A DNA stretch of 64,000 bases, from contig AP039696.1 of NCBI GenBank assembly GCA_051599415.1, positions 434,001 through 498,000 on the forward strand, given 5' to 3'. The stretch is from Savitreella phatthalungensis (taxonomy: Eukaryota). The notes beneath the pieces are model-generated. The model worked only from the letters and a program-made list of their open reading frames with translations, was not told the origin of the DNA and did not search any database. This document shows positions 44,301 to 53,375 of the stretch, piece by piece. The translations under genes were made by a program, and so were the position numbers. Numbering within the stretch: position 1 is the stretch's first letter; every line of letters starts with the position of its first letter.

Positions 44301-44737
44301 ACATTTCGAAGTCCATCGATGCGGACGATTTCGAAGCCAAGCCTGCCACTCAAGATCTGCCCATTGATCCCCGCCTGCTTGAAGGCTCACCCGCCAAGTC
44401 CGCCGTGCGATTCGCCGAATCCGTTCGGAGCTCATCCGCGGGCACTTCGGTGGAGCAGCACACCACAAACGGGATTGTCTCGCCACCGACTTCGAGTTCA
44501 GCTCAACATGTGGACGACAATCTAGGTGATGCACTGTCGGCCGTGTCTGGCAAGCCAGTCCTCCAAGCAGAATACGATGCGCACCCATCAGGCCCGTTAT
44601 ACTCACCCACAAGACTGGTTATCCCGGACAGCCAATCGTCCAATGAACCACTTCTAAGCAGCCCAATGCGACCCGACAACCCATTGCCCTCTTGGGCGAC
44701 CACGACGAACGGTGAAGCCATCGTCCGAATGAATTAA
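41366..44737 (+). CDS. SCM3: Scm3-domain protein (CENP-A chaperone), long disordered
   Basis: RFKDRMEDIFNRYSKDLTGVSDEIDIRTGKLIVDNGHL is the Scm3/HJURP CENP-A-binding motif. Confidence 0.85.
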   Translation: MQELIDPSTDPPDRLLHDHPQTEDLHNQSSRLYASPPAQIHASSAARARSQTKPTDSVEATVSAADGGRATKRQRLLDGFNAQLAKRRQQKSREPRANSQQSQGRALAPAFQLAETVSKVGRATGPAADSETRQNVSHVSTHRQEERRTQLDILTAMAMPPPPILPRDRPVPHNSFYRGLSLSPSPGAGSWRPPNPLFTAYGQIPGPSTAREPRSRELEEAQRLSSNRFKDRMEDIFNRYSKDLTGVSDEIDIRTGKLIVDNGHLETLDDVADEDEEDEDDHRPKTPRDPSTPAPIGEEDESFTDEEDGLDDDLNEDVLDFLRTPSKMAPSWIQEPEHRQPPPANGFIPHPVQPLMPNMMPSHWASLPIPNSNMASHATLPSEDELRKQFGDSAPAVLALLKQQQLQQHQSKNDAQTLAAVLQQQAMQVLMNPYAFMGQAVAGLSAMPGAMAPPMPVPMPPPMAPPARQPTFRDNATPTPVDVRGVPLRSVLMGNETPKRQRGVLQRGLKKNSTAALQTIIERPPKTPGRESSESEADELSMDHESFGFEPPSDDFEPVEQSTPNARRITYAPLDQAAMENLKRSIIRRRVSRQWLRKSLRGLQKRGHAPVSNDKQNEAKAVVQQSARIWSVTDTMSPSPDESFDSDTITPDRDDQVDDADRQKRKYNKKAARWYLPDGRLKGEVARAEMEERRQKRNERKALKQAKQQARLEKRELRAVGMLPKRLRNYGPVIDPETGEVIRERRQTGMHQFRGPASQALYDALFVAKTPEEIAKEQEEREKTSEVFTEAMKSLPEGVWTECAPLVPAPIMPDSQIMRSNKAVGNLKRVYAGYGEGVERASATAATLAIQAGRHFTAVCMAIAPESVPWSKRPKRSYVRRKPLSERRISKKAATNDGEQDAVATEAEAEVQIDPEDEREAVRDESDEDVDPATPAATANAPASTSALAALRSRKHVPRARSKLSSFVVTVDDLGCDRDISKSIDADDFEAKPATQDLPIDPRLLEGSPAKSAVRFAESVRSSSAGTSVEQHTTNGIVSPPTSSSAQHVDDNLGDALSAVSGKPVLQAEYDAHPSGPLYSPTRLVIPDSQSSNEPLLSSPMRPDNPLPSWATTTNGEAIVRMN

Positions 44738-44813
44738 TGCTCTAGCTGACTGTTATCCTTCAGTTCGCAACGATTGAGTCACGTAACGTATCCAATTCTT
44801 ATCATGCACAACA

Positions 44814-46079
44814 TCAGCATAATGTGCTCCCATCTTGATCTGTTATCGTTGTCGTCCCTGGTGCAGCAAGCTCCTCCAGATCTTCCCTGTCTGTCGATTC
44901 TGTGTAGAATTCGAGTTGACCGCCTTCGTCGATGCGCATGCGCGAGCGAGCGAGTCCCGCCTTGGCGAGGTACTCGGGGGAGTGGAATTTAGAGAGGTGG
45001 CGCGTACCAGGGTCACACAGGATGGTGACGACGCGCGGGCGGTGAACGGTCTTAGGTATCTGCTTCAGCACAAGTGCGACTTTGCAACTTGCAACCAAAT
45101 TGACGGCCGAAGAACTGCCGAGGAACAATCCATCGTGCTCCACCAGCCATCGAGACATCGCGACTGCCTCAGCATCGGTGACGCGGATCGCATCGTCGAT
45201 CAGGCCAGCATCATACCCGCGAGCGAAGTTGTGTGTGAGCCGATTGATGCCGATACCCTCAACGACAGTGTCCACCTGTGCGCGAGTCCTGGAGCCCTCG
45301 CCGTCAAACTCGCCAAACATGACACCGTGCCTAACCTTGTTGAAAAGCGACGAACCTTGGGGATCAGCAAGGATGACCTGCAAGCCGCTCACGCGAGGTT
45401 TCAAATACGCGGCTAGTCCAGTCAGTGTTCCTCCTGTCCCTGCTCCAGCGACCACAGAATCCAATCGTCCACCACCAGTCTGCCGCCAGATCTCAGGAGC
45501 TGTCGTGTCGTGGTGAGCTCGCCAGTTAGCCTCGTTCTCGAACTGGTCGGCAAACAAGCCAGCATCGGTGCCGGCAGCGCGAGAGCGGGCGAGGTTGACG
45601 AACTGCCGCTTGTCCACAATACTCGCAGGCCGTACACGTTCCACAGTCGCTCCGAGCTGTTCCAGCAACGCAGACTTCTCGACCGCCTGGTCATCAGGCA
45701 TGCAGATGTGTGCCTTGTAACCGAGCGCCCGACATAGCACAGCAAGCGATATGCCGGTCGAGCCGACAGTACCTTCGTAGATGGTGCTTCCAGCGGTGAT
45801 CCTACCAGCAGCTTCAGCAGACCGGATGATGGAGAGCGCGACGCGGTCCTTTGGCGACTGTCCTGGGTTGACGAACTCACACTTGCCGAGGATGTCGCAC
45901 CCCAAGGCTTCGGACAATGAGCGGATTCGTAACAGTGGCGTTTCTCCAATCAACGCCTCTACACCATCGCAAATCTCCTCAGTGGGCTTCTCCGGGCGCG
46001 ACCGTTGCCATAAGTAGATGCACAGCAATGCAGCCGCAGCTCCGAGGCAAGCGCCTTGAAGTCGTTCAGACACCGTCAT
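44814..46079 (-). CDS. cysteine synthase-like PLP enzyme (Cys12/Mcy1 type)
   Basis: LIGETPL, KCEFVNPGQSPKDRVA, GTVGSTGISLA, GAGTGGT, VEGIGINR, plus an N-terminal TM anchor. Confidence 0.93.
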   Translation of the reverse strand: MTVSERLQGACLGAAAALLCIYLWQRSRPEKPTEEICDGVEALIGETPLLRIRSLSEALGCDILGKCEFVNPGQSPKDRVALSIIRSAEAAGRITAGSTIYEGTVGSTGISLAVLCRALGYKAHICMPDDQAVEKSALLEQLGATVERVRPASIVDKRQFVNLARSRAAGTDAGLFADQFENEANWRAHHDTTAPEIWRQTGGGRLDSVVAGAGTGGTLTGLAAYLKPRVSGLQVILADPQGSSLFNKVRHGVMFGEFDGEGSRTRAQVDTVVEGIGINRLTHNFARGYDAGLIDDAIRVTDAEAVAMSRWLVEHDGLFLGSSSAVNLVASCKVALVLKQIPKTVHRPRVVTILCDPGTRHLSKFHSPEYLAKAGLARSRMRIDEGGQLEFYTESTDREDLEELAAPGTTTITDQDGSTLC

Positions 46080-46396
46080 ACATCTGATGAAAGAGATGAA
46101 CACCGGTCCTCTGGTCCGTCAGAAAGCGCGACGGCGTAGCGACAATCACTCCTCTCCTTGTAGCTTATCTGTATCACTTGTGGATGTCTTCATCGTGGCG
46201 CCCTGATCCTGGACCCGGCCTGAGTGCGGCTCCACATGGGAAATGCATCTTCACTCCTACCACAAGCAATTCTACGACATGCAGAAAGAATGCAGCACAT
46301 GCTCAATCGACAGCTTCTGCACGCGAGAACAACTAGACGGCAACGATTCTGAAGCGCCGAAAAGCCCATACGCTTGCTTATCAATTCGCGCAAGCC

Positions 46397-47881
46397 ATGT
46401 CTGCTTCAGCTCGGCAGGCCTTGAGAGTCGCTAGAGCTCGTCAGACTGCTTGTCAAGTACGACATGCCACATCCAGCAGGAGTACCACCACAGGCGGTCC
46501 ACCGGACCACAACTACAACACCAACAGCGCCTACAATTATCTGGTTGAAGACAAAGCCCAGGAGTTTGACAAATATCCCCTAGTGACTGCTCGCTCGTTG
46601 TCGCAGCACAGGCAGCAACCCCGCAGGGTCAAAATGTATACGCGTGACTTTGTGGACGACTCGCTCTACAACCCGTATTATGGATACTTCTCGAAGCAGG
46701 CCACTATTTTGCGAGGGCCAGAGGTGTCATTCTCGTCCCTGAAGGACAATTCTGATTTCCAGAGACATCTCGCACAGACATATCAGGCATTCGAAGGGCA
46801 AGACCTTGGCTCATCGCCGAGACAGGTCTGGCAAACACCCACAGAGATGTTCAAACCGTACTATGGGCAGGCAATTGCACGCTACCTCCTGACACATTAC
46901 AAGCTCACAAGTTACCCGTACAATGACCTCGTCGTCTACGAAGTCGGTGCAGGCAACGGCACACTGATGGTTGACATCCTCGACTACATCCGCGAGACAG
47001 AACCTGAAATCTACCTGCGGACCCGGTATAAGGTGATCGAAATCTCTCGCCAGCTGGCACACAAGCAGAGAGTGAGTAGTGTCGCAGCATCCGCAGGTCA
47101 CGAAGTCGAGATCATCAACAAGAGCGTTCTCGACTGGGACACAACCGTGCCGGAACCTTGCTTTGTCCTTGCCATGGAGGTCCTAGACAACTTCGCGCAT
47201 GATGCCGTCAGATACGATCTGCTTACTGGACAGACCTTCCAGGCCATGGTTGCTGTCGATGAGGCAGCAGACTACCACGAGATTCTGACGCCCGTGATTG
47301 ATCCTCTTCTCAAACGCTATCTTGGCATTCGGCGTGAGACCGAGCGCCATGCCCTGCATCCGAGCTTGCGGATACCCAAGTGGGCAAGGCAACTTAGGGC
47401 TCATCTTCCATTCGCGCCCAATTTGACATCACCGGAGTTTGTGCCAACGCGACAGCTTCAGTTCCTCGAGGTCCTAGCGACCAAGTTTCCACGACACAAG
47501 CTTGTCGTGTCTGACTTCTCGTCACTTCCGGATGCGATGGAAGGGGTGTGCTCGCCCGTCGTGCAGACACGTTACCGGGGCACAATGGTACCATGCTCGA
47601 CGTACATGGTGTATCCGGGCTACTTCGACATCATGTTCCCAACGGACTTTGACAGGTTAAACCGGGTTTACAGCGCCGTCCTTGCACGCGCAAGAGCACG
47701 TAGCGCCGCCGGTGACTTCTTCTCACACGGCTGGACAAGGCGCGACAGGCAGCTCGTTGGCGAGGTCACCACACACGCAGAGTTCCTAGATCGATGGGCA
47801 GACGTGGATGCTACAAAGACACAATCCGGCGAATCACCAATGATTGAGTGGTTCCAAAACTGTCGTTTCCTCACTAGCTAG
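46397..47881 (+). CDS. mitochondrial NDUFAF7/MidA-family SAM-dependent arginine methyltransferase
   Basis: RDFVDDSLYNPYYGYF, WQTPTEMFKP, YEVGAGNGTL, AMEVLDNFAHD, GYFDIMFPTDF. Confidence 0.92.
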   Translation: MSASARQALRVARARQTACQVRHATSSRSTTTGGPPDHNYNTNSAYNYLVEDKAQEFDKYPLVTARSLSQHRQQPRRVKMYTRDFVDDSLYNPYYGYFSKQATILRGPEVSFSSLKDNSDFQRHLAQTYQAFEGQDLGSSPRQVWQTPTEMFKPYYGQAIARYLLTHYKLTSYPYNDLVVYEVGAGNGTLMVDILDYIRETEPEIYLRTRYKVIEISRQLAHKQRVSSVAASAGHEVEIINKSVLDWDTTVPEPCFVLAMEVLDNFAHDAVRYDLLTGQTFQAMVAVDEAADYHEILTPVIDPLLKRYLGIRRETERHALHPSLRIPKWARQLRAHLPFAPNLTSPEFVPTRQLQFLEVLATKFPRHKLVVSDFSSLPDAMEGVCSPVVQTRYRGTMVPCSTYMVYPGYFDIMFPTDFDRLNRVYSAVLARARARSAAGDFFSHGWTRRDRQLVGEVTTHAEFLDRWADVDATKTQSGESPMIEWFQNCRFLTS

Positions 47882-47923
47882 GGTATCTAAGCCTAGAGCT
47901 CAGCTACCCTACACTCATTCGTT

Positions 47924-48319
47924 CTAACAATGGTGCCATGCGTCTTCACCGTCAGCCTTCCACGAAATGTCACCCCAGCAAGGTGAAAGCGCTCGTGAGG
48001 ATGTCTCTTGAGCGAGCCAACCATACGCGGCCAAAGTGACACCGTCCACGTTGTCGACCTCCCACACGACAGCTTTGCTATCCGCATAGACGGGACCTGT
48101 GGGCTTGCTGCACAGGGTCAAGAAACTGAGTGTCTGCTCGCCATTGAGACCAAACCCAGAGGCCGATGTCAAGAGAGACTTGTCGACCTGCAAGACCTTA
48201 TTCGGAATCGAGCATGAGGCTGAGCCGGCTTTGATAACGAGGTCGGTCGTCTGCCGGCGCGAGAGTGAGCCTGCAGACACGATGGAGAGAAGCGAGAGCA
48301 GTGTTGTCCCTAGAAGCAT
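47924..48319 (-). CDS. small secreted 4-Cys protein, paralog A (131 aa)
   Basis: Signal-like MLLGTTLLSLLSIVSA, dibasic RR, motifs AGSASC / CSKP / AYGW / CWGD / terminal C. Confidence 0.75.
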   Translation of the reverse strand: MLLGTTLLSLLSIVSAGSLSRRQTTDLVIKAGSASCSIPNKVLQVDKSLLTSASGFGLNGEQTLSFLTLCSKPTGPVYADSKAVVWEVDNVDGVTLAAYGWLAQETSSRALSPCWGDISWKADGEDAWHHC

Positions 48320-48799
48320 GATCGAGAATGTCGTCAGTAGAGGCCAGCAGACCGCCTTAAATGAACACGCCACGGATGCAATCATCTCGTCCGAACGCTA
48401 CCTTTGACATCTCTTCCGACGCTAACACCTCATGTACTTGACACGCCCCATCTGCACTGAGTGACTATCTGACAAAGCGCCGCCTGATACGTGTTCCTTT
48501 CGTCCGACTTCGCGCGGTCGTTCACGCTACAATCCGCCATACGCACTGCGATCTCACAGCGCAAAGCTTGTGGCTTCACAATGAATATATCGCAGATGCT
48601 CAATGTGAATCATACGACAATTAGAGGCTGATACCGCTGCTTCAGTGCTGGCAAACACGTTCTGCAGCATTACTCAGTGGACATATTATCTGATATGAGC
48701 TGTGAAGCTGTGACGTGGTACTCTAAAGACCAAGATGGCACGCATGCGCATCTCCGCTGGGAAGTTTGTCTACAGTGCGATGGAGTTGCGACCTTCTCT

Positions 48800-49168
48800 C
48801 TAGGCTTGGCACGGATACCACTTAGTTCCAGGATTGAAGGCCGCAGTGTCGTAGCAGATGTAGCCGTTTGGCGGAAGAATCCATGCTCTGACGGCGAGTT
48901 CGGCCGCCGTTGACAGGTCCGGTAGGACGATCGTAGTGTACGTGCCGGACTCAAAACCTGCAGGAGCGCTGCAACTTAGCGGCAGTGTGATGTCAGCCAG
49001 TGAGCTCGACTGCTCGTGATCAAAGACCCCCTTGTTCAGCGTCACAGTCTCTGTCGAAGTCACTGGACACGAAACACTTCCAGCATTGTACGACAGTCCA
49101 TCGAGCGAGGCGTGCGTAGAACTCCCGGCGATTGCCACACCAGCGATACACAAAAGAGTGAGAAGCAT
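48800..49168 (-). CDS. small secreted 4-Cys protein, paralog B (122 aa)
   Basis: Signal-like MLLTLLCIAGVAIA, motifs AGSVSC / CSAP / VRAW / CYDT / YPC. Confidence 0.78.
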   Translation of the reverse strand: MLLTLLCIAGVAIAGSSTHASLDGLSYNAGSVSCPVTSTETVTLNKGVFDHEQSSSLADITLPLSCSAPAGFESGTYTTIVLPDLSTAAELAVRAWILPPNGYICYDTAAFNPGTKWYPCQA

Positions 49169-49623
49169 CACTGTTGCTGGAACAACCGAATTTGACGAAC
49201 AAGGTTGTCTTTGTACTCGACCGTTGTACGAATCGAGATGAGCCACGAGGTATCATTTTTCCGAAGACGGGAGCGACGTCCCGTACTCGGTCCGTCTGAA
49301 TGACACATGGTTTCCGATTGCAGCGACAATTCGTCAATGTGTTGCAGCCGGAGAAACTTCCAGGGAATACCTCGTCTTACTCACGAGATCGAGCAACTCC
49401 TCGGCCGCGCATATCCTGTAAACTCGTCGAACATCTAGATTGTAGATAAGAGGATCGAACGAAGCACAAAAGAGCATGTATGAAACAGTATTCTTGATGA
49501 GTGATCGAGGCGCGGCACACGCATAAAAGTGAAGAAAGCGCAAACAAATTAGATTGCAGAGCATTGCTCCTGGTTGTGCTACTGAAGGAGGCTGTTCTCG
49601 TGGTTGAGTGTGCTATGACGAGC

Positions 49624-50082
49624 CTAGAGGTCTTTGCCTGGGCAGTCGAAGATCCACCAATTGCTTGGGTACTGCTCACTGATCTCGAACGAGTTGTAGC
49701 AGATGTGAAGTGTCTTCTTGACAGACCCGTCGTTAAGGGTCTCGGTCTTCTCCCAGCCGAAGCCAAGGACACCACTGCGAGTGTTTTTTTGCTTGTCGGT
49801 GACAGCTCTTGAATTGACAACGTCGCCCTTGATGGACTTGAGGACAGCGTCGCTCCACCATTGATCGCCGCCGTTGTCAGCTGGAGAGCTGCAGCCAGCT
49901 GTGCCTGAAGTATTGCCTCCAGCGTCATCGACGATCCAGCTCTTGTCTTCGAGGTCATGCTTGGTGATGGTGTAGGACGCACCACTCTTTTTGCTCTTGC
50001 AAGAAATCACACCATTGTTGAAAGAATCGCTGATGGCCATGGCAGACATAGCGAAAGACAGGAGGGCGAGGTATGAGACCAT
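49624..50082 (-). CDS. small secreted 4-Cys protein, paralog C (152 aa)
   Basis: Signal-like MVSYLALLSFAMSAMA, motifs NGVISC / CSSP / GFGW / CYNS / FDC. Confidence 0.8.
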   Translation of the reverse strand: MVSYLALLSFAMSAMAISDSFNNGVISCKSKKSGASYTITKHDLEDKSWIVDDAGGNTSGTAGCSSPADNGGDQWWSDAVLKSIKGDVVNSRAVTDKQKNTRSGVLGFGWEKTETLNDGSVKKTLHICYNSFEISEQYPSNWWIFDCPGKDL

Positions 50083-50658
50083 GGTTGATTCTCAAATCGA
50101 AATGTGTATGCTTCAACTTCGAGGGAAGCAATGGGACTTAATATAGACGTTGGAGCTGAATAAGTCTTGACAGATGCGGCGCTCTTGTTGTAGGTCAACG
50201 TGGCTCCTCGCCGAATACGTTCATTCCCAATATCATGCTTCCTGGTCCCCATGACGCACTCGAAGAAGTCCAGGTCCAGACTATGGCTGCGAGCAGACTT
50301 TCGATGCGCATGTATGGCGTGTCACGAGCGGCATGGAAATGTATGCGGTCGGCCGACGTAGTCTACCGACATGTGACAGACATGAACAACATCTTCTGAC
50401 CTGTCACGTGCGGGTGGTCATATTCATTGCTGAAGCTCAATTGAGAATGCACAGATTCATTCAAGTCACATTCCGTATGTGCATATTCCCCTCCACACAT
50501 ATTTGTATTTGCACGGCGACCGGATTCGAAGAACCGACTCACACGCGTCTATGCTGACTATGTATTCCGACGCATCCGTCACAGGGTGTGCTCAAAAAAT
50601 CAGTCGCATCGGTCTCGCCAGTAGGAGTGATGTTTGATTCTACGTTGAGATGCTCATC

Positions 50659-51009
50659 CTAATTGCATTTCGAGTCATCGTAGTCGCCATCGCCTTCAGC
50701 CAGAGCGGCGGTATTGTAGCAAGCGTGACCGTGAGTGCCATCGATCCAAGCATAGACTAGAACTTCTGCCGTACCATCTGGACTATTGCCTCGGACTGCT
50801 TTGAATGAGGCGTTCTCGAGACTGTCCGGTCGATCGCACCCAACCGAGACAGGTGAACGTCCGGTATCACCAACAGAATATGATTCAAGTCGGCCAGCGT
50901 CCACGCGAAAGGAGTTCCCATTCGATTCAGTGCACACAGCAGAGCCAGCGTCATACGTGACGGCGGAGGCAGTAAGAGCAAAGCAAACGAATGCTGCTAG
51001 TGAGATCAT
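50659..51009 (-). CDS. small secreted 4-Cys protein, paralog D (116 aa)
   Basis: Signal-like MISLAAFVCFALTASA, motifs AGSAVC / CDRP / VYAW / CYNT / SKC. Confidence 0.82.
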   Translation of the reverse strand: MISLAAFVCFALTASAVTYDAGSAVCTESNGNSFRVDAGRLESYSVGDTGRSPVSVGCDRPDSLENASFKAVRGNSPDGTAEVLVYAWIDGTHGHACYNTAALAEGDGDYDDSKCN

Positions 51010-51236
51010 TTGTTGCGATGGAGAACCGTGGTGATAGCAGTGAAGGAACTTGTCGTCTCTAAATAATTCGTCGGACTCCCGATGGCGTGTCTCAAATATA
51101 GTCGCGAGCCCGTTGCCAGCAAATCAACCAAATAGTGTCACTCATCCACTTGAGACAAATCTACATTCTCCTTCACACATGTGCATGGCTGTTGGAAACA
51201 AGTTTGAATTGTATTCGCTGCGATGAGAATGACGAT

Positions 51237-52028
51237 CTATCGTCCCGCAGTGTTGGTCGGCCTCGATGTAGGGCCGTAAAGCCCACTGCCACTACTGCTA
51301 CGTGATGGTGTTGGCGTAGTCCTCGCGCTTGTAAGGACGTGACCGCTGCCAGAGGATGATGGCTTGCTACTTGGGCTCAAAAGACGATTGCTTCCGCTCG
51401 GGATAGACGTCGACTTGACTTGCACGCACTGGATCAGCTTCGGCCTGGCGCCTTTTGTCGTTGGTGGCTCAGCAAGCGTGAACGTGTCGTAGCAGGGACT
51501 GACCTCCTTGCCGTCGACCCAAGCATAGGCAGCGATGACGGCACGAGGCTGGGTACTTACCACTTTGCTGAGAAGACGAGAGGTTGCTTGCTTCAAGCTG
51601 GCTGGCTTGACACAAGACTTCGGCGGCTTGACTAACTTCTTGCTGATTTCCATCTTCGCGAGGAAGGTGCCGTTGATGTGGTAGACGGTCTTCTTCACGT
51701 CGTCGCTCGTGCAAGTGGCACCACCAGGAAGGAAATGGTATGCTGCCGCAGTCGATGATACGCGGGGACGACCTGAAACAAGGGGCGTAGTTCTGGCCGA
51801 CGGATTGCCCGTAATGCGTCCAGTGCCAGAAGGTGTTGTGCCGGCAAGGAGCCGATTCGATCCACTTGGAGATGGTGTGCTGCCGGCGAGGAGATGACCA
51901 GACCCGCTGTGCGATGGCGTTCGCGCTGCCCCATCACCACTTCGAGCTGGCAAGGTGTGCGAGGGCGTTGGAGTCAACGCGGTAACTGCGCTGAGCGCAA
52001 ACAGCAAGAAGGCAGATGGAGTCTTCAT
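51237..52028 (-). CDS. secreted 4-Cys protein, paralog E, with Ser/Thr/Pro/Gly-rich flanks (263 aa)
   Basis: Signal-like MKTPSAFLLFALSAVTA, motifs PGGATC / CVKP / AYAW / CYDT / IQC. Confidence 0.8.
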   Translation of the reverse strand: MKTPSAFLLFALSAVTALTPTPSHTLPARSGDGAARTPSHSGSGHLLAGSTPSPSGSNRLLAGTTPSGTGRITGNPSARTTPLVSGRPRVSSTAAAYHFLPGGATCTSDDVKKTVYHINGTFLAKMEISKKLVKPPKSCVKPASLKQATSRLLSKVVSTQPRAVIAAYAWVDGKEVSPCYDTFTLAEPPTTKGARPKLIQCVQVKSTSIPSGSNRLLSPSSKPSSSGSGHVLTSARTTPTPSRSSSGSGLYGPTSRPTNTAGR

Positions 52029-53375
52029 AATTTGAAAGAATGGCGTCGCCGCTAGGACCCTGGCGTTTCGATGAACAAGCCTCCTGGTGGAGCTGGCCCT
52101 TAAATCTACCTCAAGGCTTCGGAAGCTCTCGGTGCCGTGACTGGTCACATTCAGTCAACTATGGCAAAGTGGTCACATTATGCCTATCCGCATCCGTCGC
52201 GGTCGGTCGCCGCGTGACATGACTCGTGCGAGGGGGAACGCTCAAGAACTGGATAGTGGGAAAAAGTGAAGCACCGTCTGTGGTGTCTTAAAATAGCACG
52301 TGACGAGCTGTTGTGTTTCGAAGCATAGTATGATCGCGAGCGCGGTCATTTCCGGATGAGAATGAGTGGTCATGCACCGTAGTCGGACTTACATTTACTA
52401 AGTCAATGCGACGTAGTGCAGCAGTATAGTCGTGTAGTGCCAGCATAGATGAACCTCGACCACAATGGCGCGAGATCATACCGACGATGACGAGTGTGAT
52501 TCACATGTCAGCCCTCTGCGTTTGGTCAAGAAGACGAGATCTACTGCTTGTCCGTATTTGAGTTTCAAACAGGTTATGATCCATCAATCTTGAATGTGCT
52601 ACCAAGGCAGAATCTCAAAGTGGATGTCGAGCACCAGATGGATCTGTCTGCTCGCCGATGAAGGTTCATTGCACGTAGTATCACATTTGGTGGCAGACAT
52701 GGCATGCTGGTTAATAGACTTTTTCGAAGATAGAAATCATTTGACGCAGAATCCAGACTGAAGACAATAAAACATAAGCGGCTTGCAGCATATGATCGAT
52801 GGATCGTTAGAAGTGTCTGGACTGCCGAACGGACTCATGCTTTCCTGACAGAGGGCATCAGACGTTTGAGCTCGATAGTCAGACTTGATGAAGACCCAGA
52901 CCAAGACCGTTGCCTGTGTGGCGCTGAGCCGGATACACAGCAAGAGCCAGCGAGTACAGCACACAATCGATCCTGTTCAAATTCAAATTCAAATAGAATT
53001 CAGTATACATGTCAACCTTTATGAATTCAGTCGACCGTCTAGCTGTGTAGTTGATCTGCGTAATTTATTTGACTATCCCTCCAGCTCCAAATCAATCAAT
53101 ATATTATTTTAATGTAAATTTATTAAAAGCTTAAGGACATAATCAACTCGTCCATCGATGCAGTAAATATATCACATGCATGGGCGTCACACTGAACGTT
53201 CTCGCTGAATGCACGGCTGATATGCATTCAGTCACCTTTGTAGCTAGGTAAGGAATTTCTTGCACACACTAAGATCATGTCTTCCGTTCTCTTATAGGGT
53301 CGAACCACAAGATAACTAGGTCTCCAGATCTTCCCAGGGACTCTTTTGATCTCGCGCCTCTTATTGAGCCAGCGT

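Noticed and set aside
52737..52964. Sixth member of the secreted cluster (75-aa Cys-rich ORF)
   Set aside because: It has a GTG start with an in-frame stop just upstream and lacks the family motifs. An upstream exon cannot be excluded.
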